DNA of 62,347 nucleotides, filler included, from 12 parts of 12 records of this genome joined end to end with filler, not necessarily neighbours in it, one strand, 5' to 3'; positions 11,263 to 24,300 are shown, counted from the whole stretch's first letter. Notes: generated by a model not told the origin, from the letters alone. Numbers and translations: made by a program.

Positions 11263-11921
11263 GCGCTGGGCTTGCGCATTTTTGGCATCTTGGCGACCGC
11301 CTGTCGTTGCCATGCATCGCTCTATTACATCATGCTGAGTGGTTGACCCGCGTTCACAAGCATCATGCATTGAGCAGTTCTGCTAGCGTTGTTTCACTTT
11401 TGTGCGCTACTTCTCTTACCAGCTTGCAAACCGCGACCTGCGCACCCATCGCCATGTGACCCAGGTGGCGACCGCCATCGTCTTCCTCCAGACCCAAGCA
11501 GCGCATGTGCTAGCGCTCCAAGCGCGTCGATCGCCGCGGTCAACACGATCGCCGCGCGCCGCCGCACAGAGAGCCGGGCCGTTCTCCGCACGCGCTTCAA
11601 CCGGCCAGCTGCAGTCTGAAATTTCGTCCGTGTATAGAGAACTGCATGCTGGCTTGCTGTGCTTGCGCGGTTTCCCTTTCGGCACTCCCTTAGATGCTGA
11701 AACTGTGCTCGCCGCTGGGCTCCCCTCTCCTCTACCCACCCAGCCCAGGTGGGGTTTTGCCAGGGCTGCGGCCCCCGACGAGATTTGTTTTGCTGCGAGC
11801 TTGCGGGCGTGTCCCCCCGCACACCGCTCAACAGGTGGGTGGGTCATCGAGGGTGATGGTACCACTCATCATGGTACTAGCTAGTACCACTAATTACCCG
11901 CCCTGGCAAAGGAACACAACC

Positions 11922-11961
11922 CTGGTCATGCGTCTCACTGCACACTGGTCATGCGTCTCAC
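11922..11961 (+). repeat. 17-nt direct repeat (period 23) in intergenic DNA
   Basis: ctggtcatgcgtctcac at 11922-11938 and 11945-11961. Confidence 0.85.
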
Positions 11962-12182
11962 CAGACACCACTCGACCGGAGCAGGGAGCTCGCGCGCGGG
12001 CATCCTCACGCACGCGGATCATGCGCAGGGATCGTATCGATCACCCGTCGGCTGTTCCGTGTTCGGCACCACCCTCCACCGGCGCTGGCTTCTGGACGAC
12101 GCGCCATCCGTCCCGGGGCCGCGCCGCGCCGGCGGTGGGCAGCAGTGACCAGGTTGAGCTGTCGACGGCTGCCTAGCTCGCT

Positions 12183-13399
12183 ATGGTCTGCGCGAGCGTC
12201 CAGCTTGCGGCTGGCCTTCTGCTCGTGCTCGTAAGCGAGGCCACAGGATGGGACTTAGTGGTGTCAAAAAAGGAGCAGCTTGTCTGCACTGGAGGCGCGT
12301 CGTACACCGAGCTCGGGCCACTCAATACCGGAGGGATGCCCGGGCTGCGGTCAGGTGACCCCGGAGCGCCGTCGATGTGTCGCCTCAAAGATCCTGTGCC
12401 TGTGCCGATTTCGTCGATACAGCTGACCTTCCAGTACGTAGTTGGCTACACTCCTGCAAAAGGCACGCACAAAGAAGGACCAACTGTCGCGATCTGGGCC
12501 GAGGATGTCCATGGGTCTGTCGCGACTGATACCGGAGGTGGTCCAGTGTACCAGAGCCCACAGCTTCCCGAGGGCAGCGACGAACAGCTGTATTCCTTCG
12601 ATCACTGCGACAAGAAGGACAAACAGCTGTGCTACAGCCCAAATGTCGCCGTCAACGCCGATTGCAATGCTTGCACGGGCCGCTATATTGCCTTCAAGTT
12701 TGAGAATAAGGAGCGCAACCTGCAGATCGTGCGTCGCCCGCGTGACCCCCTGTGACCCCCTGTGATTCGCCATCCGATGCAGCACCATGTTCCTCGCTCG
12801 ACCTGTTGGCGCTCACTCAAAACCTCGTGCCGACGACTCGCAACAGATGCTCCCGCTCGCACTGCACATTGATGAGCTCGACTGGGGTACTCCTTTCCTT
12901 CTCGGACTGTTCGGATGCCTGGTTTTGTACGCCGGAGGAGGAATCATGTACGGTCGGCACCGAGGTGGCGCCGCGGCCAACCACAAGGGCGTAGACACGT
13001 GGAGGGCGCATCCACACGCCAAGCAGCTTGGAGTGTTTGGTGGGCTCGTTATGGACGGGTTCACGTTCAGCAGCACGCGCCTGGGCGGCAAACGCGGATA
13101 CAAGCCTGTGGACAGGGAAGTTCGCCGCCCTTCAAAGGCTGAAACGGGTGACCTAGAGAGCGGCAGCAAGCGCGAAAAACGACGCAGCTCGCACATGAGC
13201 ACTTCGTCCAGCAAGAGTCCTAAGGGTAGCAGCAGCAGCAGCAAGGACAAGCAGAAAAAGCACAAACGTGACAAGAAGGACAAGACCGAGCGTAAAAGTT
13301 CTGATGCGTCAGGCAGCAAGGGGAGCAGCAGCTCTCCGCGCAAAGACCCAGCGGCCTCAGCGCCAGCAGATGCAAAGGGCAACGAAGATGGTGCAGTAG
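12183..13399 (+). CDS. Type I membrane protein with an ATG27/mannose-6-phosphate-receptor-like TM and tail; 3' truncated
   Basis: Signal peptide MVCASVQLAAGLLLVLVSEATG; intron 12729-12846; WGTPFLLGLFGCLVLYAGGGIMY...HPH...GLVMDGFTF; Lys/Ser-rich tail; next donor gtgagc at 13400. Confidence 0.7.
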
Positions 13400-13436
13400 G
13401 TGAGCGACCGATTTGCGCTGACAGTCAGACGGCGTT

Positions 13437-13462
13437 CTGCTGCTGCTGCTGCTGCTGCTGCT
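13437..13462. repeat. (CTG)n microsatellite at contig end
   Basis: Direct read. Other contig ends are also simple repeats: (GAGCCR)n 17306-17338, (GT)n 21082-21109, (AG)n 31508-31537, (CAGCACA)n 38963-38992, (CGCAGC)5 52171-52200. Confidence 0.95.
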
Positions 13463-13876
13463 NNNNNNNNNNNNNNNNNNNNNNNNNNNNNNNNNNNNNN
13501 NNNNNNTTAATTAATTAANNNNNNNNNNNNNNNNNNNNNNNNNNNNNNNNNNNNNNNNNNNNTACTCCACACGATTCCAACCCAGCCTGTGGCCCTGTGT
13601 CCCTGTGATATACCGAGTATAAGGAATGTGATGCTGATGCACCTCAAGACTGGCGACGGCGGGACGGCAATGGGTATCGGCTCTGTTCTGTCTTCTGTGA
13701 GCAGCACGGCGGGAACTGAGCGAGCGAGGTGGTCATCTCAGCGCTGATGAGCGCGCGCTGATCTCGCTACTATACCATGGAGTGGACGGTGGCAGTGCTG
13801 GGCGCCCAGCGATGATCTTGCTGGAGCGGCGCCTGTTCGTGAGAAGCCTGGGGGTGTCGAGACTGGTGTTGACGTG

Positions 13877-16800
13877 ATGCAGGGGCAGGATAGCATGGGT
13901 GAGCCGGAGCGGGCAGGGCGGTCCAGCCCTGAGCCTCTGCAGTCGGAGTCGGGTCGGTCGCCGCCGCCCAGCCCTGAGCGGTTGCAGTCGGAGCGGCTCG
14001 CGAAGGCACGGCTGTCGCGCATACGGCAGCAGCCAGCGTCGCCACGGACGCTCGGGGCAGCGTCGCTCACTGGTACGCTTGCAGAGGCCGATCGCGAGCT
14101 GCGGGCGCTGCTCCAGAAGAGTGCCGAGCTGAAGGAGTCATCGGTGCGGGCAGAAGCTGATGCCGCGTCCCTGGCCGGCTCGACTCGGGAGCCGCAGGCG
14201 AGCTTTGCTGACACTGAGTTCGCGGACAGTGAAAAGTTCCTGACGCCCTCGCTGGTGTCTGCGACGCCGCCGACCGAGAGCCCGAGCTATCCGAGTTGCT
14301 GGCATCCGCTGGGGCCGCTGCCTGAGAGCATGCCGAAGCCGCCCACGCCGACGTACTGCCCGTCGTCTGCAGCACGCGCGCGACGTGACTCGCCTCCGCC
14401 ACTGCCGGCGGGCTCGCCTGCGCGCCTGCTGCCCATGCCAGCACCCGTCCAGTTGAAGCCGCTTCCGGCACGGCTGGACGCAGACAGGGCTCCGCTCCCG
14501 CAGCTCAGTCTGCTACAGACCTCGCTTTCTGGCGAATCTCAGGCACCGGCAGCGCATGCATCCTACCCGAGTACGGCAGAGACTGAGCAGATGCGAGAGG
14601 CCACACACCTCGCAGAGCAGCTGGAGGCCGCTGCCATAGCTGCACAGGCGCACATGGCTGAGCTGACACAGTGCCATCAGACACATCTGGACAGCTCGGT
14701 AGCCACTGAGAATGCGATACAGGAAGACCACGAGGCACGTATGTCGATAGAGCTTTCAATCCGCGCGTCTTTGCAAGAGCAGCTTGAGCTCGCGACTGAG
14801 AATCTGCGCAAGTCGGAGCGCACATGCAGGGATACCGAGGCCACAGCAGCACAGATGGCAAGGGACCTGGAAGCTGCAAATGCCAGGATATCAACAACTG
14901 AGTCCGAGCTGCGATCTTGTCAGTCCGAAGTAGCTTCGAAGACAGCGGAGGCAAAGGAGTCACTTGCACAAGCACTGGTGTTGGAAGAGGCATGTGCTCG
15001 TAGTCAAAAGGCAGAGGAGCAGGTGCGTACCGCGCTAGAAGGGCAGTTGCAGAGTGCACGGGGAGATGCATCACGAGAGTTGGAACAAGAGCGAGATACG
15101 GCACACAAAACTGCCGAGCACTTGGCCACCGTCCGTGATGAGCTCAGCGAGCTGAGAGCTGAGTCGGAATCTGTGTTGGAAGCCTCAAAAACATCAGCTG
15201 CGCAGGCATTAGAGGACGAGCTAGAAAAGGCGTACGCGTCGAGCCAGGAGGCTTTGAAGGCTGCGCATGCAGATTGGGACACCCGTCTGTCCGTTGAAGT
15301 ATCTATGCGCGAAGCATTGCAAGAGCAGCTATCTGTGGCGCAAGGGGACGTGCTGGCCAGCGAGAAAGAGGCCGCCTGTCTGAGCGAAGAGCTAGAGACT
15401 GTCCAAGCTCAGCTTGTCCGCTCTGAGGAAGAGCTGAAAGCTGTCAGTCATGCTGCAAACACAGTCCAAGCAGCTGCAGAGAAAGCTGGCCACCAAATAG
15501 CCGAGCTGGAGTTGGCGCGCAGTCAGAGTGATAAGGTACTCCAAGCCAGCCGCGAGGATGCAGACCGGCTACTCTCGATTGAAACGAGCAAGGTTGCAAG
15601 ACTTACAGTCGATGCCGAGACTCTCAGGAACACCCTCGAGCAAGAGCGACGTCGCTCGGAAGCAATCGCTGAAACAAATGATACGCTTCGAGATCAAGTT
15701 GAGGCATTGCAAACAGAGCAGGCGTCGGAGATCAACGAAGTACAGGCTGAAAGTGATAAACTAGCTGTTCAGCTAAAGCAGTCCCGCTACAACAGCCGCG
15801 CTGCGAAACAGCAAGCCACTGCTGAGTTGGCTGCAGTGCGCACCCGTTTGTCGACGATGGAGACAGAGTTGAGTACAGCAGAATGTTCAGTAGCGGCAGA
15901 AAAGGAGGTCGCAGCTGACGCAAATGAGCGACTTGCCGAGCTCTCTGCAGAGCTCTCTGCGGCGAGACGTGAGTCGGTAGCGGAGCTTTCAGCAGCGCAG
16001 TCTCGACTGTCACTATTGGAATCTACAGAACAACAGCTAACTTTGCAGATTGCGCAAATGAAATCTGAGATGGCTGAACAGCACGTCCGGCTCGAGGTGT
16101 CTGAGGAAAGTGTTCGACAGCAGCAACTACTGCGTGAGTCTGAGGCACGCGTGCAACACCAAGGTCCTGGTCAGAGTGTGTCGCGCGACACGAGCTTCTC
16201 CACATCCAAACAGTCCGAGCCACCCACACCGTCACTTCTCGTTGAGATGCGGAAAGTGGATGCACGTTATGCGCCAGATGCTGCAGCTTCACCAGCGGAC
16301 AGCGTCGTCCCGTATCAGGGTTCTCCACGGGTATCCGATCCACCGACGCCTTCGTTGCTAGCGGACCTACGCAAACTAGATACGCGGTACGAGACAGGGC
16401 CATCACCTGTATCGCAGCAACTGCATTTGCAGCAGTCGACAAATTGGAGCCAGACGCTTGAGCCATCTGTTCTGGCGACTGCGTCGGCAATAGACCTCCA
16501 AGAGGAGGAAGAAGTTTTGCGTGGTCAGAATTCCGTTGGACAGATTCAATTTGTGACTCTGAGGGAAAGGCCCGAACTTGCGGGAGAGGTGGCCTCGTGG
16601 CTGTTTACCGAGTGGGGCCACCTCAGCAGTGATCCTGAGAACTCCTCTGAGAAGCTTCGGGATCGTTTACTGGCCAAGGTGCGGGAATCCACGCCGTCAG
16701 ATTTGCCAGTAGTGGTGGTAGCTCTCGAGGTACTGTCTCACCCAGGGGAAGTGACGGTGACGTCGCCATCAGCGGTCCGACTCAACAAGCCCGGCGACAC

Positions 16801-17338
16801 GTCCACAGTGGCAATACCAGTAGGCACTGCAACACTAAAGATGCAAGAATTGCAAGAACATTTTCCAACCGTCCAAAATTGGCTCGGCTCAGTTGTAGTG
16901 CGTCCATCAAGCCGTGGTCGTGGAGTGGGTGCTGCCTTGATTGCTGAGATGGAGCGACGAGCAGCGCAACATGGACTGACGCAGTTACACCTAGCAACCG
17001 AAGCATTGGACGGTGGCCTCTACGCTCGCCTTGGTTGGGAACCTGTGCCACCAATTATTGTGGACCGAGGTGACCGGGTGTTGGTGATGCGGAAGCGTTT
17101 GCTTGGCATCGAGCTCGGTCGACTATCCTTCGCTGGAACACGCCACACACCTGCCAGACTGAGAAGCAGGCTTGCCTTGCCAGAACCCATCCCAGAACCT
17201 GCGTTATTGATACAACATCCAGAATCGCAATCACAACCATGCTCGGAATCAAAGCCAGGACCGGTGGAGCTAGATCTAGATATACAGCGAGAATTACGAT
17301 CGGGGCCGGAGCCTGAGCCGGAGCCGGAGCCAGAGCCA
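13877..17338 (+). CDS. Pro-rich plus long coiled-coil protein with a C-terminal GNAT acetyltransferase domain; 3' truncated
   Basis: Open frame of more than 1150 aa with a heptad E/A/L/Q-rich middle. GNAT motif WLGSVVVRPSSRGRGVGAALI...LHLAT...LYARLGW within about 16540-17100. Confidence 0.8.
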
Positions 17339-17561
17339 NNNNNNNNNNNNNNNNNNNNNNNNNNNNNNNNNNNNNNNNNNNNTTAATTAATTAANNNNNN
17401 NNNNNNNNNNNNNNNNNNNNNNNNNNNNNNNNNNNNNNGCCACATACATGGCGTGGATTCAAAACGCAGACGCACAATGAATGATGCCTCAGCCACCAAT
17501 TGTAGTCGATTGTAGTCACAAACCATCTGCGTCACAACAGCTCGATCGGTAGGCTAGCCAT

Positions 17562-18698
17562 CTAAACCCCTGGTGGGCGCGACTCCACACCGTCCACAGA
17601 CGCGAACCTGCCTTTTGCTGCTGGAAATACCATCGCGTTTTCAGGCCACGGCCATCCACCAAATTGGGTACGTTGGTAGTCAGCATATGCCTGCTTGATC
17701 TCAGCCTGAGTGTTCATGACAAAAGGGCCTCGCTGCGCGATTGGCGCACCAATCGGTCGCCCCTGCAGCACCAGGGCTTCAACGGTGGATGCGCCAACGG
17801 CCGGCGGCCCACGCAGCACCGCTGGCTTGGTCGCATCGAGCCGACACGTGGTGCGGCCTCGGAGTGGCTGCCCTCCGACGACCATCTCATCACCTTCCAG
17901 CAAGTAAATCGCTCGGTTGACGTCACTCGCCATCGTGGTGTTCACCGCCGGAAGAGTCACGGTAGAGCCTGTGGGCAGCGAAACGAACCAGACCGCCACT
18001 GCATTCGCAGGCTGGGCAGCCCAGCTGTCGGGTGGTGGCGCGAGTGGATTGGCGCCGAGCAGTGCGCCGGCCCACACCGTCACGGAAGCTTTGGACTCGA
18101 GCTGAACGGTCGGTATCTCGGGTGCCCAGTGCATCACGAACGCTGGATCGGCCATCTTGTTCTCCGGCGGCAGATTGAGCCATATCTGGAAAAAGCGCGT
18201 GGGGTTGGGCCTGTCGGTATGAATCAAAGGGAACATTTCTCCGTGGACGACTCCACGCCCTGCCGTCATCCACTGCAGGTCGCCCTCTCCATAGCGCCCA
18301 GACCACCCTTGACTATCGGTGTGGTCGATATAGCCCTGCAGCGTCGCAGTTATGGTCTCGAAGCCACGGTGAGGGTGCTGTGGGAAGCCAGGCACGCGAT
18401 CGCCGTGGTACATGGAGTAGCCACCCTGGCCGCCAAAGTCCGCGCCGTTGCCGCGGCGGGGCGCCTGCATCTTACCATCGCCAGCAGGGTAGGCGTCCTT
18501 GTGGTACACCGCCATTAGAAACGGATCGGGCGTCTCGAACGGGGCGCGCAGTGGCTTCAGCGACCCAGGAACGATCACTGGGACCTCCAAATCAGCAGCG
18601 CAAGACGGTGCTGCGTCGGCGTCAGGCGCGGTGGTGGTGGGCGACGCGACCACTAGCAGGAAGAGAGCCAGCGCCGACGGCGCGACGAGCATGCTCAT
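17562..18698 (-). CDS. Pirin family bicupin protein with an N-terminal signal-like peptide
   Basis: DPFL, GFPQHPHRGFETIT, DHTDSQG, GDLQWMTAGRGVVHGE, FQIWLNLP, GPFVMNTQAEI. N-terminus MSMLVAPSALALFLLVVAS. Confidence 0.93.
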   Translation of the reverse strand: MSMLVAPSALALFLLVVASPTTTAPDADAAPSCAADLEVPVIVPGSLKPLRAPFETPDPFLMAVYHKDAYPAGDGKMQAPRRGNGADFGGQGGYSMYHGDRVPGFPQHPHRGFETITATLQGYIDHTDSQGWSGRYGEGDLQWMTAGRGVVHGEMFPLIHTDRPNPTRFFQIWLNLPPENKMADPAFVMHWAPEIPTVQLESKASVTVWAGALLGANPLAPPPDSWAAQPANAVAVWFVSLPTGSTVTLPAVNTTMASDVNRAIYLLEGDEMVVGGQPLRGRTTCRLDATKPAVLRGPPAVGASTVEALVLQGRPIGAPIAQRGPFVMNTQAEIKQAYADYQRTQFGGWPWPENAMVFPAAKGRFASVDGVESRPPGV

Positions 18699-19154
18699 GC
18701 TGCGTGGCGGATCCTTTGAAGCTCCGTCGATTGCACGGCGTCGACGATTGGCGTCCGTCTCAGGCTCCGGCGGTACCCGCCACGCACCTCCGTCGCGCAC
18801 ACTCGGGAAACTACGTACAGCTGTTTTAGCTAGAGCGTAGCGACTCGATAGCGAGGCGGGGTGCCCGCTGGGCAGGCAGATTAGAGGGGTGCCGGCCGTG
18901 CATGCCGGGTTGCTGGCGGCGCCGCGTGCGATCGCGCGCGCGCGTGCGGCAGCGCGTTGATACGAGTCACTTTCAACCTGGGCACTGCACCCGGTCGGGA
19001 TGATTTCTCGAAATTCTCGACTCGCGATCCCGTTGATCGCGGATCGGCCGGGAACCTCTACTAGTACCTGTGACTCGAGTGACCAGGTTGACGGATTGAC
19101 GCGTCGTCCCGGCAGTACCAGTACGACGACGGATACAGGCTGTCGAACGCGGCG

Positions 19155-20963
19155 ATGATGCTCATGCTGCGAGCGACGGCAGCCAGGCCCTCCGCCCTGG
19201 TGCTTCAGGGGCAGTCTAGCCTCCCGCTACGGCCGCTCGCGCGGTGCTTGAGCGCTGCGGCTGGGGAGGGAGGCGAGCCACCCGTTGAGGACTTGAAGCG
19301 GCGCTCGAAGGAGCTCACGGGTGTGGAAGGAACGCCGGACTGGTCCAAACGCAGTGGAGCGCGTGCGTTCTTGTGGGCCGCGGGGTGGCAGCAGGAGGAC
19401 TTTCGGAAGCCCATCATCACGGTGGCGTGCCCGTGGACGAATGCTACGCCGTGCAACAACCACTTTAGAGAGCTGGGAGATCTGGTGTGCGAGGCTGTCG
19501 AGGAGGCCGGTGGCAAGCCAGTGATCTTCGGCACGCCGATCGTGACGGATGGGGAGGCACAGGGGATGGAGGCGATGCGGTACTCGCTCTGCTCGCGCGA
19601 CCTGATCGCCGACTGCATCGAGACGATGCACGAAGCGTATCGAGCAGACGCGATGATCACGCTGAGTGGCTGTGACAAGACTCAGCCAGCGACTCTGATG
19701 CCAATCGCACGGTCGAATCAAATCGGTCTCACGCTCTACGGCGGCACGATGCTGCCGGGAATGCCGGGTGATCCTCGCCACTGCTGTGGCAGGAGCGCTA
19801 TCCCTGAAGACTCACCGTTCTACGGCCGGGGTCTTCACCCAGGGTCGCCGTATGAAGCCACGGGTGCGCTGGCGGCTGGCCTGATCAGTGAGGAGGAGAT
19901 GCATGAGATTGAGTGTTGCAGCATCCCTGGGTCGGGAGCGTGCGGTGGGATGTTTACTGCGAACACAATGTCCTCCGCCATCGAGGCCATGGGTATGTCC
20001 CTACCGGGCACATCTTCCACTGTGTCCAGTGGCTGGGCGGAGTTGAATCAGCCGCGTGGCAAGTTCGGCGAAAACCCGCTGACGGCGGAGAAAAAGGCAG
20101 AGGTGAAGCAGACTGTGGACGCGTGTTTCAACTTGCTGCGGAGTGACATTCGGGCACGAGACATCATGACGAAGAAAGCATTCGAAAATGCGATTACGGT
20201 TCTGTATGCTCTCGGCGGCTCGACCAATGGTGTGCTGCATATGCTGGCTTTGGCGAAAGAGGCTGAAGTAGACCTGCTCATCGATGACTTCAATACGATC
20301 GGCAAGGAGGTGCCGTTGATCGGGAATCTCGCCCCGTCTGGCAGCTACAACTGGGCGGACGTGGACGCCTTAGGAGGACTGCCTGTCGTGATGAAAGAAC
20401 TCGCTAAGCATGGCATGATCCACACCGATTGTTTGACGGTTACGGGCAAAACAGTGGGCGAGAACCTTGCTGATGTGCCTGACATCCCTGCCGATCAGGA
20501 CGTCATCTATCCCATCAGCAAGCCGTGGAGCGAGAGCGGCAACCACATCTCGATCATCAAGGGCAGTCTGGCACCTGATGGGGCGGTGATCAAGCTGAGC
20601 GGAAAAGATATTCGCACGTTCAAGGGTCCGGCAAAGGTGTTCAACTCTGAGCTCGAGACATTCTACGGGATCACGAATGGTGAGGTCAGCGCAGGAGACT
20701 GCGTTATCTGCCGGTACGAAGGACCGAAGGGTGCCCCAGGCATGCCGGAGATGCTCTCACTGACCTCGGCGCTCGTGGGCGTCGGACTGGGCAAGGATTG
20801 TGCTCTCATTACCGACGGGCGGTTCTCCGGGGCCTCGCATGGGATCTGTTGCGGGCATGTGACGCCGGAGGCGCAAGAGGGTGGGCCGCTTGCACTGGTA
20901 GAAGACGGAGACCTGATCGAAATCGACACTGATCAGAAAACTTTGGACTTGCTGGTGGATGAG
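19155..20963 (+). CDS. ilvD: Dihydroxy-acid dehydratase (IlvD/ILV3) with a mitochondrial-type transit peptide; 3' truncated in an intron
   Basis: [64 protein letters not shown]. Arg/Ala/Ser-rich leader; donor gtgcgc at 20964. Confidence 0.96.
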
Positions 20964-21333
20964 GTGCGCCACCGTGTCACTGCTTGCCATTCCGCAATTG
21001 AAGTGCTAGGCAGCCGCTGCTACAAGCTCGTGCCTTCCCGCGTGGTCTCGTCGTACGGTTTGTGTTGCGCGCATGACGGTCGTGTGTGTGTGTGTGTGTG
21101 TGTGTGTGTNNNNNNNNNNNNNNNNNNNNNNNNNNNNNNNNNNNNNNNNNNNNTTAATTAATTAANNNNNNNNNNNNNNNNNNNNNNNNNNNNNNNNNNN
21201 NNNNNNNNNGTCGGGACGGACACATCGTGTCCTCACTGGGTCTGTGCGCCGCCGCTCGCGGCCGCGGGGCGGGCCGGCGCGGCGCGCGAGGGATCCGCGT
21301 ATATGCCGGCGGGTGGCTCTCGCTCCCGTGGGT

Positions 21334-24300
21334 ATGTCCTGTCCAGTGCTGTCGTTGCTGAGCATTTTCGTCACTACCATTCATACTGCGCTCCCACCTG
21401 GCTATGACGAAGAGCTCTGGTGCCGCCCCGCCGCGTGTTTGCGCCCAAAGCAGCAGCCAAGAGGGTACGTGAGCCTTTCAGCGACAACGAGTACATACCT
21501 GTTTGTCCGTACTGGACACGTTCTCTGGACCACTGCGTGCACATGCTCTGAACGTATTGCACACACAACAGGTGGGTGGGACCGCGCAGCGGCTTCCACG
21601 AATGTGTTGGGGTGGATGGAGAGACGCACGAGCCAAGGGCTTGGGGCGAGAAGGTTGGGCCAGAAGCGCGAGCTCGGCTCGAGGCAGAGGGCTACACACG
21701 TTCGGTCTGTGGGGTAGAGCCACCATCGCCGCAAGCAGCTGCGCTGCGGCGCTGGCGACCGCGGACTGAGGGGACTACTCTCCTGCCACGACCGGGCGGG
21801 GGGCTGGAGTTCTCTGGACAGTACCGTCCACTAGGAGACTCGCTTGCTATCAAACTCGTGGGCAGTGCGAAGACCTCGGCTCTGGTCAGGGCCGCCGCGA
21901 TACGGTTCCTCGGCCGGCTGGAGCGCATTGTGTCCCAGTCAGCCACTGGTCCTCTGGAGGTCGACCACGCGACGCTGATCTTGCGACGATCGCTGGCTGG
22001 CCATCACACTGTCGCTGTAGACGGTGGGACAACGATGGAGATTCAGTGCACGCAATCTGACCCGGTTACGCTCAGTCTCAACCAGTCCGAGGGCTACACA
22101 CTGAGTGTCCGATCTGGTGGCGCAGCCACATTGACTGACCAGCATCTCGACGAAGCGGATGTGCGTATCAGAAGTGAGAGTGCCGTTGGTGTGATGCAGG
22201 GGCTCGAGGCGATTGCTCAGCTCCTATTCACTGCCAGCGACGGCGACACGGGAGCACGGTTGCCTGTTGTTGCAGGCTTCGACAGCCCTCGGTTCCCGTG
22301 GCGAGGCGTATTGATTGATGTGGCGCGCCATTTCATGCCACTGAAAACGCTGCAAACCATTATCGATGGTGCGGCAGCGTTGCGCATGAATGTGTTGCAC
22401 CTGCACCTCACGGACGACCAAGGTTGGCGTTTCGAGTCTACGCGCTTTCCTGAGTTCCATCGCGCAGGGACTCAGAACAGCGCAACCTCCGATCAAACGG
22501 AGTCACAGCGTGAGTATTATACGCCGGAGGAACTGCAGGGACTTGTGGCGTACGCTCGGCAGCGAGGTCTGAGGTGCGCTCAACTTGGTGCTCATGTTGC
22601 CTGTTGTCGCAAACTGACATCTTGTGCTCGTCTCAGAATTGTCCCTGAGGTTGGCTTCCCTGCGCACGTGACACCGCTGCTGCTTGCCCGGCCGGATCTC
22701 GGCCCACCCGACACACCCGCCCCAACTGCACTTGCCGATACGTGGGGCGTACACATGACTTGCTTAGACGTGAGCAACGAGGTGGTGTACGACGTCGTGA
22801 CAACGCTCTTTGAGGAGCTTGCAGCAATCTTCCCGGATGAGTGCGTTCGGTTGATCAGCTGCTAACAATACACCGAAGCCTAACGGCAATGTCGCCCACG
22901 TGTGTTGCCCGAATTCAGGTATGTGCACATTGGGGGTGATGAGACTGACCCACAATGCTGGGGTGCGAGCGCCACCATCCGAGCCTGGGCGAACAAACAA
23001 GGTCTGTCACTTTACCAGCTGCAGAGTCATTTCAATGCGCAGATCTTTGCCTCTCTCAAAAGCAGTGGAAAGATTGCTGTGGGCTGGGACGAGATTCTGC
23101 GGGGAATGGGATACGAGGATGACGTGGCAGCTGTTGAAAGTGTCGTGGTCCAGTCTTGGACAGGGCCTGAGGGCGTGAGCGCTGGCACACAGCGTGGGTA
23201 CCGAATGTTGCGTTCCCACGGCTACTACTTGGACCATCTTGAACCTGCTGCACAACACTACAAAATCGATCCAGCAGAGTGGTACACCAACCGCGCTCGG
23301 CCAGCGTCTCTTTACTCCCCTAACAAGGTGTCTACAGGAAAAGTTTTAGGTGCTGAAGCTTGTGCATGGTCTGAGTATATGGATCGAAACAATGTTCTCG
23401 GCCGTGTGTTTCCGAGGCTTGCAGTGGTGGCGGATGTCCTGTGGGTCGCGAGAACAGGGGAACAAGAGGTGGCATTTCCAGCGGCAGAATACTTCGCAAC
23501 AGCCTGGTATCTGGAGGAGACTGGAATTGTCAAGGTAGAAGCTGAGCATGATGCAGCGGTTCAACGGCTGCTTGCAACTTCAACTGCCGCCTTCACAACC
23601 GACGAGGATGAAGCTTCTCTCTTCGCAGGGCTCAGCTGCGTTGCAGGGCTTGTCGAGCCGCTGCGTATTGGGGACAGGGCGTCCAAACGAAAATGGGACG
23701 AGAAGGGATGGGGACGACGGGCTGGGTCCTCTCGGTATACTTCGCTCACAAAACTTGGTGACCTAGCATTGACGGATAGCTGGGAGGCTCATCTGCTCAT
23801 GATGGAACTAGAACCGTTGTTTAGCATACGGCCGCAGCCGAACGAACGAGAAACGGCGGTGGTGGGAGCAATGGAGATAGTCAAAAGGTGGCGTAGTTGC
23901 ATCATCCCGTGCATGACAGCATCACTGGGTGCTGAGCCAGGATTGGGAGACTTGACCGCTCTGCTTTACCAGCATCTTGATGCGTTGCACCATTTGCTGG
24001 GCTGCGTTGGAAAGGACCGTACGGCTTGCGACGATTCGGCAGCAGCTAAGGCGATGCGGTGGGTCGCGCAGGCACCGTTTGTGACTTCAAGCCGCGAGGT
24101 GAGTGAACAAGGCCAATCATGTCTGCCAGGAGCACGGCGTTTGATATCGATAACCGCTGCTCGGTAGCATAGAATGATTCTGGGCTGTTTGTTGCGGTGT
24201 CAGGACGCAGACGTGTGTGTGGCTGCTGAGATCCGAGCAGCGAACGCACAGCTTGCCGACCTGTACCGTCATGGGATGCACCATCATGGGGAGGTGACGC

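Noticed and set aside
11732-11872. Minus-strand MMSGTITLDDPPTC-TGA-AVC as a UxxC selenoprotein
   Set aside because: The ORF would be tiny with no homology. The downstream ATGA...TGAT pair near 11328-11367 is out of register for a SECIS quartet.
11394-11884. Overlapping 145-160 aa ORFs on both strands
   Set aside because: No recognisable motifs, so I cannot choose a real gene.
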